In this document: one piece after another, positions 49,240 to 58,919 of the stretch
Numbering within the stretch: position 1 is the stretch's first letter
Layout: the number at the start of each line of letters is the position of its first letter
NCBI GenBank assembly: GCA_048885865.1
Contig: JBHLLF010000018.1
Span: forward strand, 1 to 64,000
Length of the DNA: 64,000 nt
Origin: Candidatus Hermodarchaeota archaeon
GTDB taxonomy: Archaea > Asgardarchaeota > Thorarchaeia > Thorarchaeales > Thorarchaeaceae
Direction of reading: 5' to 3'
Made by a program: the position numbers and the translations under genes
Notes under the pieces: model-generated
The model's input: only the letters and a program-made list of their open reading frames with translations
The model's database searches: none
What the model was told of the DNA's origin: nothing

Positions 49240-49321
49240 TCATCACACCCAAATCAAATCCATGTCGGCGGCCTATTAGTCTGTCTAATAGAAGCGAGTT
49301 AGCACATCACTACATCAAGAG

Positions 49322-50023
49322 ATGTTAAATGGTCGTTGTGGCAAAGGGTTTGATGTATGCTGGTGTGAGGATATGAGTAGTGAGACGGACCAACTTGAGA
49401 AGAATCCCTTCAATATATGCATCTGGAAAGCAAAGGAAGAGTGTGGCGACTGTTCGCTTCACAATGAGATACACTGCGAGATGCATCGAAGTGACACGTT
49501 GATGTTTGGAGGCAGTGCAATGCTGTTCTTCATTCCTTCCATTGGGGGAATGCTTCTTGGTGGTATGTGGCCTTGGGTCATTGGATATTTCATCTATTGG
49601 CTAATCTTCTTCGAAATCTGGGAGAACAGGGTTCTTTGTAGTCATTGTCCATTCTACGCTGAAGATGGGGGGCAAGGCCACACTCTACATTGCTATGCAA
49701 ACTACGGACTGTATAAGACCTGGCCATATAATCCAAGTCCAATGAGCCAATCTCATCAGATTCAATTCCTAGTAGCTCTCACCATCTTTGGCGGCTATCC
49801 AATTCCATTCCTTATCTTAAGCAACCAGCTGCTCTTTCTTGGGTTGACAATTGCCGGGATTGGAATATGGTTGAGTGTGTTGAAATTCAATATCTGTCCA
49901 AGATGTGTTAACTTCTCATGTCCATTGAACAGCGTGCCGAAAACAACGATGGATGCATTCCTCAAGCGAAATCCGGTGATGATGAAAGCATGGATAGATA
50001 GCGGCTATGAGTTGAGTGCTTAG
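49322..50023 (+). CDS. Cys-rich hypothetical membrane protein
   Basis: LCSHCPFY, CPRCVNFSCPLN, 4 TM segments. Confidence 0.75.
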   Translation: MLNGRCGKGFDVCWCEDMSSETDQLEKNPFNICIWKAKEECGDCSLHNEIHCEMHRSDTLMFGGSAMLFFIPSIGGMLLGGMWPWVIGYFIYWLIFFEIWENRVLCSHCPFYAEDGGQGHTLHCYANYGLYKTWPYNPSPMSQSHQIQFLVALTIFGGYPIPFLILSNQLLFLGLTIAGIGIWLSVLKFNICPRCVNFSCPLNSVPKTTMDAFLKRNPVMMKAWIDSGYELSA

Positions 50024-50025
50024 AC

Positions 50026-50850
50026 ATGGGCACAAGTGTGATTCTGCTAGGCACTGGCACACCCAATATCGATCCATCACGTTCTGGACCGTCAGTCGCT
50101 GTCATAGTAGACGATACTCCATATCTCGTCGATTTTGGTCCTGGCGTAGTCAGAAGAGCCATTGAGGCTGGATTGAAGTCATCTCAACTGACACGCGGAT
50201 TTCTGACTCACCTTCATTCGGACCATACCGCTGGATATCCTGACCTAATTCTAACTCCTGCTGTGGATGGTCGGACTTCCAGACTAGTAGTGTACGGACC
50301 GAAAGGACTTCAATCAATGACTAATCATATCTTGGCGGCATATGAGGAAGACATTCGAGAGCGGCTAGACGGTCTAGAACCAGCTAATCCTGAGAGTTAT
50401 GTTGTGGAATGTCATGAGATCAATAATGATCCGCCTGGGATTGTGTATCAAGATGAGAGAGTTTCAGTTGAAGCATTCCCGGTTGTCCACGGCTCTTGGC
50501 CTGCGTACGGGTACAAGTTCACTTCGGCCGACCGCACCATTGTGATTTCCGGAGACACGACTCCAACTCCTGTTTTAGTTGAGAAAGCCAGGGATTGTGA
50601 TGTTCTGATACACGAGGTCTATTCTGCAATCGCCTTAAAGGACAGAACGGCGGATTGGATAAGATATCATACATCTGTTCATACCTCAACCCATGAACTT
50701 GCTGAGATTGCATCCCAGTCAAAACCGAAACTCCTTGTTTTATATCACCAGCTTTTCTGGTCGCGTTCTGAAACCGAACTACTCCAAGAAATCAAGAGCA
50801 GATACGGTGGGAAGATAGTATCCGGCAATGATCTCGATGTGTTCTTCTGA
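50026..50850 (+). CDS. MBL-fold hydrolase (RNase Z/AtsA-like)
   Basis: LLGTG, THLHSDH, SGDT, LIHE, HT. Confidence 0.9.
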   Translation: MGTSVILLGTGTPNIDPSRSGPSVAVIVDDTPYLVDFGPGVVRRAIEAGLKSSQLTRGFLTHLHSDHTAGYPDLILTPAVDGRTSRLVVYGPKGLQSMTNHILAAYEEDIRERLDGLEPANPESYVVECHEINNDPPGIVYQDERVSVEAFPVVHGSWPAYGYKFTSADRTIVISGDTTPTPVLVEKARDCDVLIHEVYSAIALKDRTADWIRYHTSVHTSTHELAEIASQSKPKLLVLYHQLFWSRSETELLQEIKSRYGGKIVSGNDLDVFF

Positions 50851-50853
50851 AGC

Positions 50854-52065
50854 CTAGAATAATGTGACTTCTACCATTTCGCCTTCTTCAATGACATCAA
50901 GATTAACTGGTAATATGATGTAGCCATCGGCATTTGCCATGCTTGTGATGGCACCAGAATGTTTGTACACTGGATGAGCCACACCATCTTCAATTCTTAC
51001 TGTCAGAAATTGCTGACGGCCGGATGATGAAACGATACGTTTGCCAATCTTTGCTGCCACAGTCTTAGGCGGCACTGGCGGCAGCCTTGCCATTTGTCTA
51101 ATGGCTGGAATAAGAAACACGTAGGCATTGCTGAGGCATGATGTAGGATATCCGGGCATCCCAAACACAGGAGTGTCATTAGCTAATCCAAACAACGTGG
51201 GTTTGCCAGGTTTAATCTGAACTCCGTGGAAAAAGACTTCACCGATCTCGGAGAGAATCCCTGCTAGTAGATCCTTCTCGCCAACAGAACTTCCCCCAGA
51301 AAGTACAACCATGTCGTGTTTACAGGCTTCATTTATCGCATTCTTGAGCAAGGGGTATTCGTCTCCTACAATATCATAGCGTTCGACTTCAGCGCCATTC
51401 TCACGAAGGACTGCTTCAAGCGTGAATGAATTGACATCGTAGATTTGCCCAGAAGAGAGTGAGTTTCCAGGGGCTACTATCTCCTCCCCTGTTGGGATGA
51501 CAGCAACACTTGGCCTGGCATAGACCTCAACATCAGTTCTTCCCAGCGCTGCTAGAGTACCAATCTTGGCCGGTGATAACCAGCTTCCAGCAGTCAGAAC
51601 AACATTGCCTTCTACAATATCCTCCCCTTTCTTTGAAACATTGGCACCGGGATAGACTGGCCGTGTCACCAGGATTTTGTTCTGGTGTTTCTCAGTATAC
51701 TCCACCATGACCACAGCATCTGCACCCTGTGGCAACGGCGATCCTGTAGCAATTTGGATACAATGACCCGGTGTGACCTCATTTTCAGAAACGTCACCAG
51801 CGTGGATGACACCTTTGAGCTCTAACTCAATTCCACCCTCATCCGCTCCAAAGGTGTCCTCTGCGATGACTGCATAGCCATCCATCGCAGACCTATTGAA
51901 AGGAGGTACAGAACGATCTGCCATAATGTCTGTAGCAAGCACTCTACCGGATGCAGCTGATATTGTAACAGTTTCTGTGGCATCAAGAGGCCTACAGTTC
52001 CTCAAGACCAGTTTCTCTGCTTCCTGTTGCGAAACGAGCAGTTTGAATGGCTCCATCTCTTTCAT
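50854..52065 (-). CDS. moeA: Molybdopterin molybdenum/tungsten transferase
   Basis: PPFNRSAMDGYAV, SGGSSVG, IKPGKP, PGYP. Confidence 0.95.
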   Translation of the reverse strand: MKEMEPFKLLVSQQEAEKLVLRNCRPLDATETVTISAASGRVLATDIMADRSVPPFNRSAMDGYAVIAEDTFGADEGGIELELKGVIHAGDVSENEVTPGHCIQIATGSPLPQGADAVVMVEYTEKHQNKILVTRPVYPGANVSKKGEDIVEGNVVLTAGSWLSPAKIGTLAALGRTDVEVYARPSVAVIPTGEEIVAPGNSLSSGQIYDVNSFTLEAVLRENGAEVERYDIVGDEYPLLKNAINEACKHDMVVLSGGSSVGEKDLLAGILSEIGEVFFHGVQIKPGKPTLFGLANDTPVFGMPGYPTSCLSNAYVFLIPAIRQMARLPPVPPKTVAAKIGKRIVSSSGRQQFLTVRIEDGVAHPVYKHSGAITSMANADGYIILPVNLDVIEEGEMVEVTLF

Positions 52066-52562
52066 CGATCAACCTCCCACAATAAATGACCAATGCTTGG
52101 AAGAATAATCTCTTTCAATGCGGTGGCCATTGCATTCTTTGAGCCAGGAAGACAGAACACCACCTTCTTTCCAATCAGTCCTGCAGTTGCTCGACTGTAA
52201 ATTCCCGGCAAGCCAATCTCTGTATGACTCAAGCGTCTGAAGTGCTCTCCAAATCCATCTAATGTCTTCTCGAAGAGCTGCCCTAACACATCTGCAGTAA
52301 TGTCCTTCCTGCCTACTCCCGTGCCCCCACTGGTGAGAATGACTCTAATCTCAGAATCGTCAATGTATCTCAGTATCATCTCTCTGATTGTATTAGATTC
52401 ATTTGGCACAATATCATAGGCGCCGATTTTATGCCCTTCAGCAATAGCCAGTTCCTTTGCAATCTTGCCTGACTTGTCGGTTGCCTCTGTGCGTGTGTCA
52501 CTGACAACAAGAACTGCGAACGTTGTTTCAACCTTCTGGTCCCTTCTGTGTTCATCACTCAC
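52062..52562 (-). CDS. moaB: Molybdopterin adenylyltransferase MoaB/Mog
   Basis: VSDTR, DKSG, SGGTG..DIT, SRATAG, LPGS. Confidence 0.93.
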   Translation of the reverse strand: MSDEHRRDQKVETTFAVLVVSDTRTEATDKSGKIAKELAIAEGHKIGAYDIVPNESNTIREMILRYIDDSEIRVILTSGGTGVGRKDITADVLGQLFEKTLDGFGEHFRRLSHTEIGLPGIYSRATAGLIGKKVVFCLPGSKNAMATALKEIILPSIGHLLWEVDR

Positions 52563-53425
52563 TTCAGATCGACCTTCTCTTTCTTGATTACTCGTACTCC
52601 ATCCAGACGAGCGGTTGGATATTGTCCATCTGAGTCCTTCTCCAGATACTTTGTCATGTCCCAGATTGAGAGAAGCGCTGTTGTGACTCCAACCAAAGCC
52701 TCCATCTCGACTCCTGTGGAATACGTGGCAACAACTTCACACGTGCCTGTTATACGGTCATCATGAAACTTGAAGGAGACATCAACCGAAGACAGGGGTA
52801 TTTGATGGCATAGCGGAATGATATCAGAAGTCTTCTTGGCAGCCATAATGCCAGCTATTTCAGACACAGAAAGCACATTCCCTTTCTTTGTTGTTCCTAG
52901 GCGTACTGCCTCTACTGTATTGGGATTGAGAATCAATTCACCAACCGCAACAGCTCTTCTGAAAACCTGAGGCTTCTCAGAAATATCCACCATCCTGGTT
53001 TCCGATCGCTCCTTTGCGTCGGTTTCTCCAACCCAATGATCGCCGCCGTCGTAAAACTCGTGCTTCCATATTGGTACAATTTCCTTCAATCGTTCAATGA
53101 CATGCCTGCATCCCTGAAATGCGTCAGCTCTATGAGCGGCTCCTACAACAATAATGACAATGTTCTGTCCAACCTCAATCTTGCCTTTTCTATGAACAAC
53201 TGAAACATCAGAAACTCCGAATTTGGAGATCGCCTCATCACGAATCTTCTCAAGTTCTTTCACAGCTTGTTCATCATCAGCCTCAAATTCCAGTTTCTCA
53301 ACGACCTTCCCTCGGCTCGTATCTCTGACACTGCCTAAGAAGATGACAATGGCACCCATCTCAGGTCGTCTAGTCTGCGATATGACCTGCTCAATAGAGA
53401 AGTCTTGATTTGTGACCTCTATCAT
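52559..53425 (-). CDS. MoaE-MoaC fusion protein
   Basis: N-half GAIVIFLGSVR..HR.G..AHR..LKEIVPIWKHE (MoaE); C-half MVDISEK..AAKKTSDIIPLCH..TGVEMEAL..WDMTK (MoaC). ATG 53425 overlaps the moaA stop. Confidence 0.92.
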   Translation of the reverse strand: MIEVTNQDFSIEQVISQTRRPEMGAIVIFLGSVRDTSRGKVVEKLEFEADDEQAVKELEKIRDEAISKFGVSDVSVVHRKGKIEVGQNIVIIVVGAAHRADAFQGCRHVIERLKEIVPIWKHEFYDGGDHWVGETDAKERSETRMVDISEKPQVFRRAVAVGELILNPNTVEAVRLGTTKKGNVLSVSEIAGIMAAKKTSDIIPLCHQIPLSSVDVSFKFHDDRITGTCEVVATYSTGVEMEALVGVTTALLSIWDMTKYLEKDSDGQYPTARLDGVRVIKKEKVDLK

Positions 53426-54423
53426 TTCGATTCCTCCTGCCAAAATGGCTGCCGTAGAGATGCTGCTTTGACATATGCCTCAAGCAACTCATTATCATAT
53501 TTACAATCAGACAGAAAGTGTCGGACATGAACTAGATTGTCTTCTCGATACAGACAGGGTTTGAGCTTTCCGTCAGATGTGACTCTAAGACGAGTGCAGC
53601 TCTTGCAGAAACTCGAATTGCCCATAGGTCTAACAACTTCCACCTCGACTGATTCATTCTCGACTGGAATGGTGTATCGTCTTCTGCCTTGAAGGGTTCT
53701 TTGCTCGATTTTTGTGGCAACCCGCTGAAACTGCTCTTCGATCCCATCGATTCTAGTTCTTTGATCATCGAGTTTCATATCGGGTTGCGTTGGAATGTCT
53801 TGAAGCTCAATCAACTGGAGGATTGCTCCCGAAGCGGCAGCAAAACGCATCATGGAGTGTATTTCGTCATCGTTGATTGACTTGATGAGTGTCATGTTGA
53901 TTTTCACTGGTGAGAGACCTGCATCTATCGCACTCTTTATGCCTCGTTTGACCTTTGATAGATTATTGAACCCTGTCATTCTTTGATAGGTTGGCGCACG
54001 AAGGGTATGAAGGCTCACATTCACTCTATCTAATCCAGCTTCCTTCAGGTCAAGAGCCAGTTCCTCGAGAAATGTGCCATTGGTTGTGAGTGAAAGATCC
54101 TCAACAAGTGGAGAGATCCTTCTGATTATTTCGAGTATGTCTGAACGTAGCAGAGGCTCTCCCCCAGTCAGCTTCACTCTTGTGACACCATGTGTCACAC
54201 CAACCTGCACAAGGCGCTCAATTTCCTCAGGGCTCATCTCGGGTCCATCCAGAGATTGACCCTCCGTATGACAGAAGAAACAGGCATGATTGCACTTCTG
54301 TGTGAGGGATATCCTCAGATAGTTGATGTGTCGACCGTAGGCATCAACAAGTGGCTCATGTGCACAGGTCGGCTCTCTCTTGCGCAGGGAGTCCTTGTCA
54401 GATTCTAACATGGATTTCAACAC
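53422..54423 (-). CDS. moaA: GTP 3',8-cyclase
   Basis: LRISLT.KCNHACFFC, LTGGEP, FCKSCTRLR..G.LKPCL. Confidence 0.95.
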   Translation of the reverse strand: MLKSMLESDKDSLRKREPTCAHEPLVDAYGRHINYLRISLTQKCNHACFFCHTEGQSLDGPEMSPEEIERLVQVGVTHGVTRVKLTGGEPLLRSDILEIIRRISPLVEDLSLTTNGTFLEELALDLKEAGLDRVNVSLHTLRAPTYQRMTGFNNLSKVKRGIKSAIDAGLSPVKINMTLIKSINDDEIHSMMRFAAASGAILQLIELQDIPTQPDMKLDDQRTRIDGIEEQFQRVATKIEQRTLQGRRRYTIPVENESVEVEVVRPMGNSSFCKSCTRLRVTSDGKLKPCLYREDNLVHVRHFLSDCKYDNELLEAYVKAASLRQPFWQEESK

Positions 54424-54496
54424 GTCCCCTACTTGTAGATTGATAATTGTTATGTTTGGTCATGCAGCTCGGTCTAATAGACATGTAGATACCAAC

Positions 54497-55579
54497 CTAG
54501 AAGACCACAACTGATGATGCCTTGAATGTGACATGAACCATGTCACCTATTCCAAGCTTGAGATCCTTCAGAGACCTCTGTGTAATCTGTACTGCAATCT
54601 CAACTCCAACATCAACCGTGAGCAAAATCGTGGAGTCGGAATCATCAATTCCCACAACGTTACCTGTGAGTGTGTTCCTGGCACTTGAGAGTATGCTTTC
54701 CTTTGAAACGATAACATCTTGTGGGGATATCCATATCGTTACTGCTCCATCATGTGTTCCCACTGCTTGAACAGACACACTATCTGTCAACTGGATTCGT
54801 AGTAGACCCCTCCAGGCTCGCTCTTCAGAGAGCCATGTGGCTTTTCCTTTGAATGTGTTGAGTGCTCTTCCTTCATCCTGTAGCTTCTCGAGTTCAGCCC
54901 CCAGCATGACATTTGGTTTGCCAATTCGTCCTATCGTTCCATCCTGAATGATAGCTGTCCTGTGTGCCAGCGTCTCGGCTTGAAACATGTTATGGGTTGA
55001 GATTATGATAGTGGTTCCACGCTCTGCATTAGCCTTCCTCAGAACCTCCTCAACAGCTCTGGCACTATCGATGTCTAGATCAGCTGTAGGTTCATCCAGA
55101 AGAAGTATCTCAGGATCGAGCACAAGAGCTCGAGCTAGAGCCACTCGCCTTTGTTCCCCTCCAGATAGACTGCGGGCCATTCTTGTTCCGAACCCCTCTA
55201 GGCCAACAAACACCAGAGTCTCCTGAACACGTTTTGCTATGATGGTTTCATCCATTCCTCTGATTCGAAGACCATATGCAATGTTCTTTGAAACTGATGT
55301 TCCAAAATGCACAGGCTTTTGGAACACCACTGTTGCGTTCTGCCGAAGTGACTCCCTGTTTTCATCAGTCACAGTGTCATCGTGGAATGTGACCTCGCCT
55401 GATGAGGGCGTTATCAATCCGCCAAGAGCTCGAAGAAGAGTTGTTTTACCCGCACCATTTGGTCCAACAATAGAAAGAATCTCGCCCTTTTGAACTTCAA
55501 GGTTGATTCCCTTGAGGGCATGAGTTTCATCAAGATAGACATGTAGGTCCCTTGCAGCAATTACTCCCAAAGCCACCAC
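54497..55579 (-). CDS. tupC: Tungstate ABC transporter ATPase with TOBE domain
   Basis: GPNGAGKT, LSGGE, DEPT, SARN..TOBE. Confidence 0.85.
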   Translation of the reverse strand: MVALGVIAARDLHVYLDETHALKGINLEVQKGEILSIVGPNGAGKTTLLRALGGLITPSSGEVTFHDDTVTDENRESLRQNATVVFQKPVHFGTSVSKNIAYGLRIRGMDETIIAKRVQETLVFVGLEGFGTRMARSLSGGEQRRVALARALVLDPEILLLDEPTADLDIDSARAVEEVLRKANAERGTTIIISTHNMFQAETLAHRTAIIQDGTIGRIGKPNVMLGAELEKLQDEGRALNTFKGKATWLSEERAWRGLLRIQLTDSVSVQAVGTHDGAVTIWISPQDVIVSKESILSSARNTLTGNVVGIDDSDSTILLTVDVGVEIAVQITQRSLKDLKLGIGDMVHVTFKASSVVVF

Positions 55580-56223
55580 CTCACCCGTTTCTCAGCAATT
55601 CTTAGAAGGATGTTGAATGCCAGCATGAGAGAGAGCAGAACGGCAGTAAGACCGAGGCCAAGAGCAATCTCGCCTCTTGTCGTTTCAAGTGCAATGGATG
55701 TGGTTAGGACTCTTGTAAGACCTTGGATATTTCCTCCCAGCATCAATGCGACACCAAGTTCTGAGATTGCTCTACTGAACGCAGCTGACACTGCCAAAAG
55801 AATCCCTCCTACAGACTCTCTGAGTACAGATGCAAAGGCACCTCTTTCATCGGCTCCAAGCGTCATAGCCAATTCGCGAATACTTGGGTCAACACTCTCG
55901 ACTGTTTCGGTGGAGATGCTGACTATTATTGGAAGAATCAGGATTGCCTGTCCGATGATCATGGCAAATGGAGAATAGAGTACATTGAGAAAGCCGAGAG
56001 GCCCTGCATTTGAGAACACAAGATATAGCAACAGTCCAAGTGCGACTGTAGGCAGTGCCATCAGACCGTTGACTACACCTTTGAGGTGTGACCTGCCTCT
56101 AAACTTCTTCAGACCAATAAGAACGCCCATGGGAATCCCAATACCTGCGGCAAGAAGTGCCGCAAGACTTGATACAAACAGACTCCGAAGGGTGATTTCT
56201 ATAATCTCAGTTTCTAATGTCAT
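55561..56223 (-). CDS. tupB: Tungstate ABC transporter permease
   Basis: LMALPTVALGL, GPLG, GGNI.G.TRVLTT.IALET. Confidence 0.9.
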   Translation of the reverse strand: MTLETEIIEITLRSLFVSSLAALLAAGIGIPMGVLIGLKKFRGRSHLKGVVNGLMALPTVALGLLLYLVFSNAGPLGFLNVLYSPFAMIIGQAILILPIIVSISTETVESVDPSIRELAMTLGADERGAFASVLRESVGGILLAVSAAFSRAISELGVALMLGGNIQGLTRVLTTSIALETTRGEIALGLGLTAVLLSLMLAFNILLRIAEKRVRWWLWE

Positions 56224-56243
56224 CTATCTCCCTCTTTCTTCTC

Positions 56244-57290
56244 TCAGTGAATCCATCCGGTCCTCAATGGGATGTAGAACATCTCAATGAGAGGAGGATA
56301 TAGTCCGTAATTTCCTGTTCTCCAGGATGGTGGACATTCGTATAGTGTTCCTCCAAAGTCAAAGAACGCAGTAGATTGTATCCAGTCAGAAACATCGGCA
56401 GGAGTTTGAGATTGAACAATGCTCGCGGCTGGATTGAAGAGGGCTTGACCATAGTCCTCTTGGCCATATGCTCCAATCAAATGTTGAGCCTCTGCTCCTA
56501 CCAGCCACTCAATGAACTCCATAGCCAAATCGAACTTGACACCCTCTACTTTAGTTGCATTAACTGCAATAGCACTATACACGTTGATGAGAGTCTGGTC
56601 CGACTCAACATGCTTTGCCAGAGTAATAAGCCCATCTGAGAAGTATTTCAGATATGTCCCGATGTCTGCTAATGTATATAGTCCCAATTCGTCAGCAGTC
56701 TGCAATGTAGTGCCCATGCCGCTCCCCGATGATAGGAACCAAGACTCCTCCTTTATTGTTTCATAATCCAGACCAGTCTGGGTCCACAACGAGATTTCCT
56801 TGGAGTTCGTACCAGAGCTATCATCACGTGATATCCATAGACTTGTGCCGTGACTCTGGCCGTAGTCATAGATTTGCTGAAGAGCAGTGGTTGTGTTCAT
56901 TCCGCCTATTCCAGCGGGATCATCACTGGGCCCGACCACCACAAAGAAGTTGTAAGCGATGATCTTTCGATTGACACCATAGCTCTGATTCATGAAGTGA
57001 AATTCTTGTGATGGCGAATGTACCAGTATTGCATCAGCATCTCCATTCATCGCATGCGTGATAGCAATACCTGTGCCGGCTGATATGAAAGCCAGTAGCA
57101 CTTGAGAGTGGGATTCTTCATATACAGTCTTCACCTCATCGAGAAGGCCAGTATCAAAGAGGCTTGTTGTAGTAGAGATTACTAGTGTTTCTTTGTCCTG
57201 AATCTGCGAGAAATACCACAAGGAACCTGCTACAGCACCAGTAAGAATTACAGCCAAGACAATCAGACCGATTTGCTGCTCTCGCTTCAT
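56244..57290 (-). CDS. tupA: Tungstate-binding protein
   Basis: STTTSLFDTGLLD, GTG.A, VH, SRDDSSGT..KE, GMG.TL. Confidence 0.9.
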   Translation of the reverse strand: MKREQQIGLIVLAVILTGAVAGSLWYFSQIQDKETLVISTTTSLFDTGLLDEVKTVYEESHSQVLLAFISAGTGIAITHAMNGDADAILVHSPSQEFHFMNQSYGVNRKIIAYNFFVVVGPSDDPAGIGGMNTTTALQQIYDYGQSHGTSLWISRDDSSGTNSKEISLWTQTGLDYETIKEESWFLSSGSGMGTTLQTADELGLYTLADIGTYLKYFSDGLITLAKHVESDQTLINVYSAIAVNATKVEGVKFDLAMEFIEWLVGAEAQHLIGAYGQEDYGQALFNPAASIVQSQTPADVSDWIQSTAFFDFGGTLYECPPSWRTGNYGLYPPLIEMFYIPLRTGWIH

Positions 57291-57447
57291 CGTTTACACC
57301 TAGTAGCCATTGCTTGAATCCTACATAGGGAAATAGCCCCTGAGCCGAACTCGATTCAACGCGTGGAAATGGAGCTTGTAATAAGGGTTATGTTTGGCCA
57401 TGCATATCGATAGCGATTTAGAACAGATGCAGTGGAAATTGAGAATT

Positions 57448-57735
57448 CTATGTGTCAGAGGAATAGAGCTTGGGAGAGAGCAGCAATGCAATTTGCTTCG
57501 CGCTCTCTTCTGACTGAAACTTGCGAAGTAGTAGTTTGCCTGATGGATAAATGGTGACCGACCGATCATCATCTTCAAGGACAAGTATGGCTGGAAGGCT
57601 GACTCGAATTCGCATTTTTGTCATTGCTGCTAGATCCTGGCTCAATGCAGGTAGGTCTAGTTTGATTTGCTTCTTGGGCCGCACCTCATATGCGGCTCCA
57701 TCAGTACAGAGCTTGAGGAGAAACAAATCAGTCAC
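57448..57735 (-). CDS. Small protein homologous to the C-terminal domain of the ThiF protein at 43619 (single TBP-like repeat)
   Basis: LC...P...I.LDL...L...VT.(Y/M)P....A..I pattern shared with the ThiF C-terminus; overlaps the thiI stop. Confidence 0.75.
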   Translation of the reverse strand: MTDLFLLKLCTDGAAYEVRPKKQIKLDLPALSQDLAAMTKMRIRVSLPAILVLEDDDRSVTIYPSGKLLLRKFQSEESAKQIALLLSPKLYSSDT

Positions 57736-58750
57736 TTCTACCTCCCTCCTTGAGGATTATGACTTCTGCCTCGGCAATCTCTTTCGCTAACCACTCCATG
57801 TCCATATCCTTCTCTGCAGGAGCAATCTGACCTAGATTAGCATGGATTGTTGGATATTCTGGAGGCAGTGAGCAGCAAGAAACGGCTTCATGAGCGAATT
57901 CGTATGTCCGAATCTTCATTGCCAATCTTTCTATGTCTACTTTGTCATCACCAATGCAGGGTCTGATAATCGGAATCTCGCAGATTGCGCTTTCCTCTGC
58001 ATGAAGGTTTCGTGTTGTCTGAGAAGCTTGTTCTCCAATTATCTCGCCTGTTACGATGGCGTCTGCATCTTCTTTGAGCGCTACTTCTTGAGCTAGTCTG
58101 TACATATTCCTCCTACAAAAGACACAGGTCATTTTCCTTGGAGCATGTCGTAGCACTTCAGTCAGGTCCTCACCATGTGGCACAACATACATCATGACTT
58201 CATGGCCGTATACATATTCGGTTAGTCTCTTTGCCTGCCTGATTGCTAAATCTCGGGTTGAATCATCTCCGTAGGGCACATTATCGAAGTGGAGAAAGAT
58301 TGGCACACAACCTCTCTTCATCATTTTATATGAAGCCACAGGAGAGTCTAAGCCCCCTGATATTGTGCAAACCACACGCCCTTGTGATCCCGTGGGTAGG
58401 CCACCTAATCCATCTATCGTTTCCGTTGAAACATATGCATTCTCATCACACCATTCGACTTCCACTGCTGGATTCTGTGATATGGAATCTGCCGCATCCG
58501 CTGTGGTCACCATAACCGGAGAAATCGAAGTAACACCAAAGATGCTTGCAGCGATTCCAACCACATCATTGATTGCACTCGTTTCGATGTAAAGAAACTG
58601 GCACTTGGACAGTATCTCGCCTACCGAGCAATTGTGTTCCTTTAATGCGGCTTTCAGATTGCTAATCAGGAGAGTAATCATCTGATCTTTGCTCTGCTCA
58701 GAATGATATTGTAGTTCTTCACACCTGAGCAAGACTCCATCATATTTCAC
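57728..58750 (-). CDS. thiI: ThiI/TtuI-like PP-loop sulfurtransferase with the THUMP domain largely deleted
   Basis: GLGGLPTG, ISGGLDSPVA, CVFCRR, TGE..G..ASQT, RP..G.DK, CC. Confidence 0.8.
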   Translation of the reverse strand: MKYDGVLLRCEELQYHSEQSKDQMITLLISNLKAALKEHNCSVGEILSKCQFLYIETSAINDVVGIAASIFGVTSISPVMVTTADAADSISQNPAVEVEWCDENAYVSTETIDGLGGLPTGSQGRVVCTISGGLDSPVASYKMMKRGCVPIFLHFDNVPYGDDSTRDLAIRQAKRLTEYVYGHEVMMYVVPHGEDLTEVLRHAPRKMTCVFCRRNMYRLAQEVALKEDADAIVTGEIIGEQASQTTRNLHAEESAICEIPIIRPCIGDDKVDIERLAMKIRTYEFAHEAVSCCSLPPEYPTIHANLGQIAPAEKDMDMEWLAKEIAEAEVIILKEGGRSD

Positions 58751-58919
58751 GGACTATTCTCCTCTATTGGTTCTCTCATTATTCATCAAACTACAGGACT
58801 TGGGTTTCAAGAACTTCAGCTGACTTTGATAAGCATAATGACATGACTGTTTGGCAGCTCCATCGCCTCATTCCCAAATCTTTTGACTAGTCAGGTATGT
58901 TGTACGTTGGGTCACAAAG

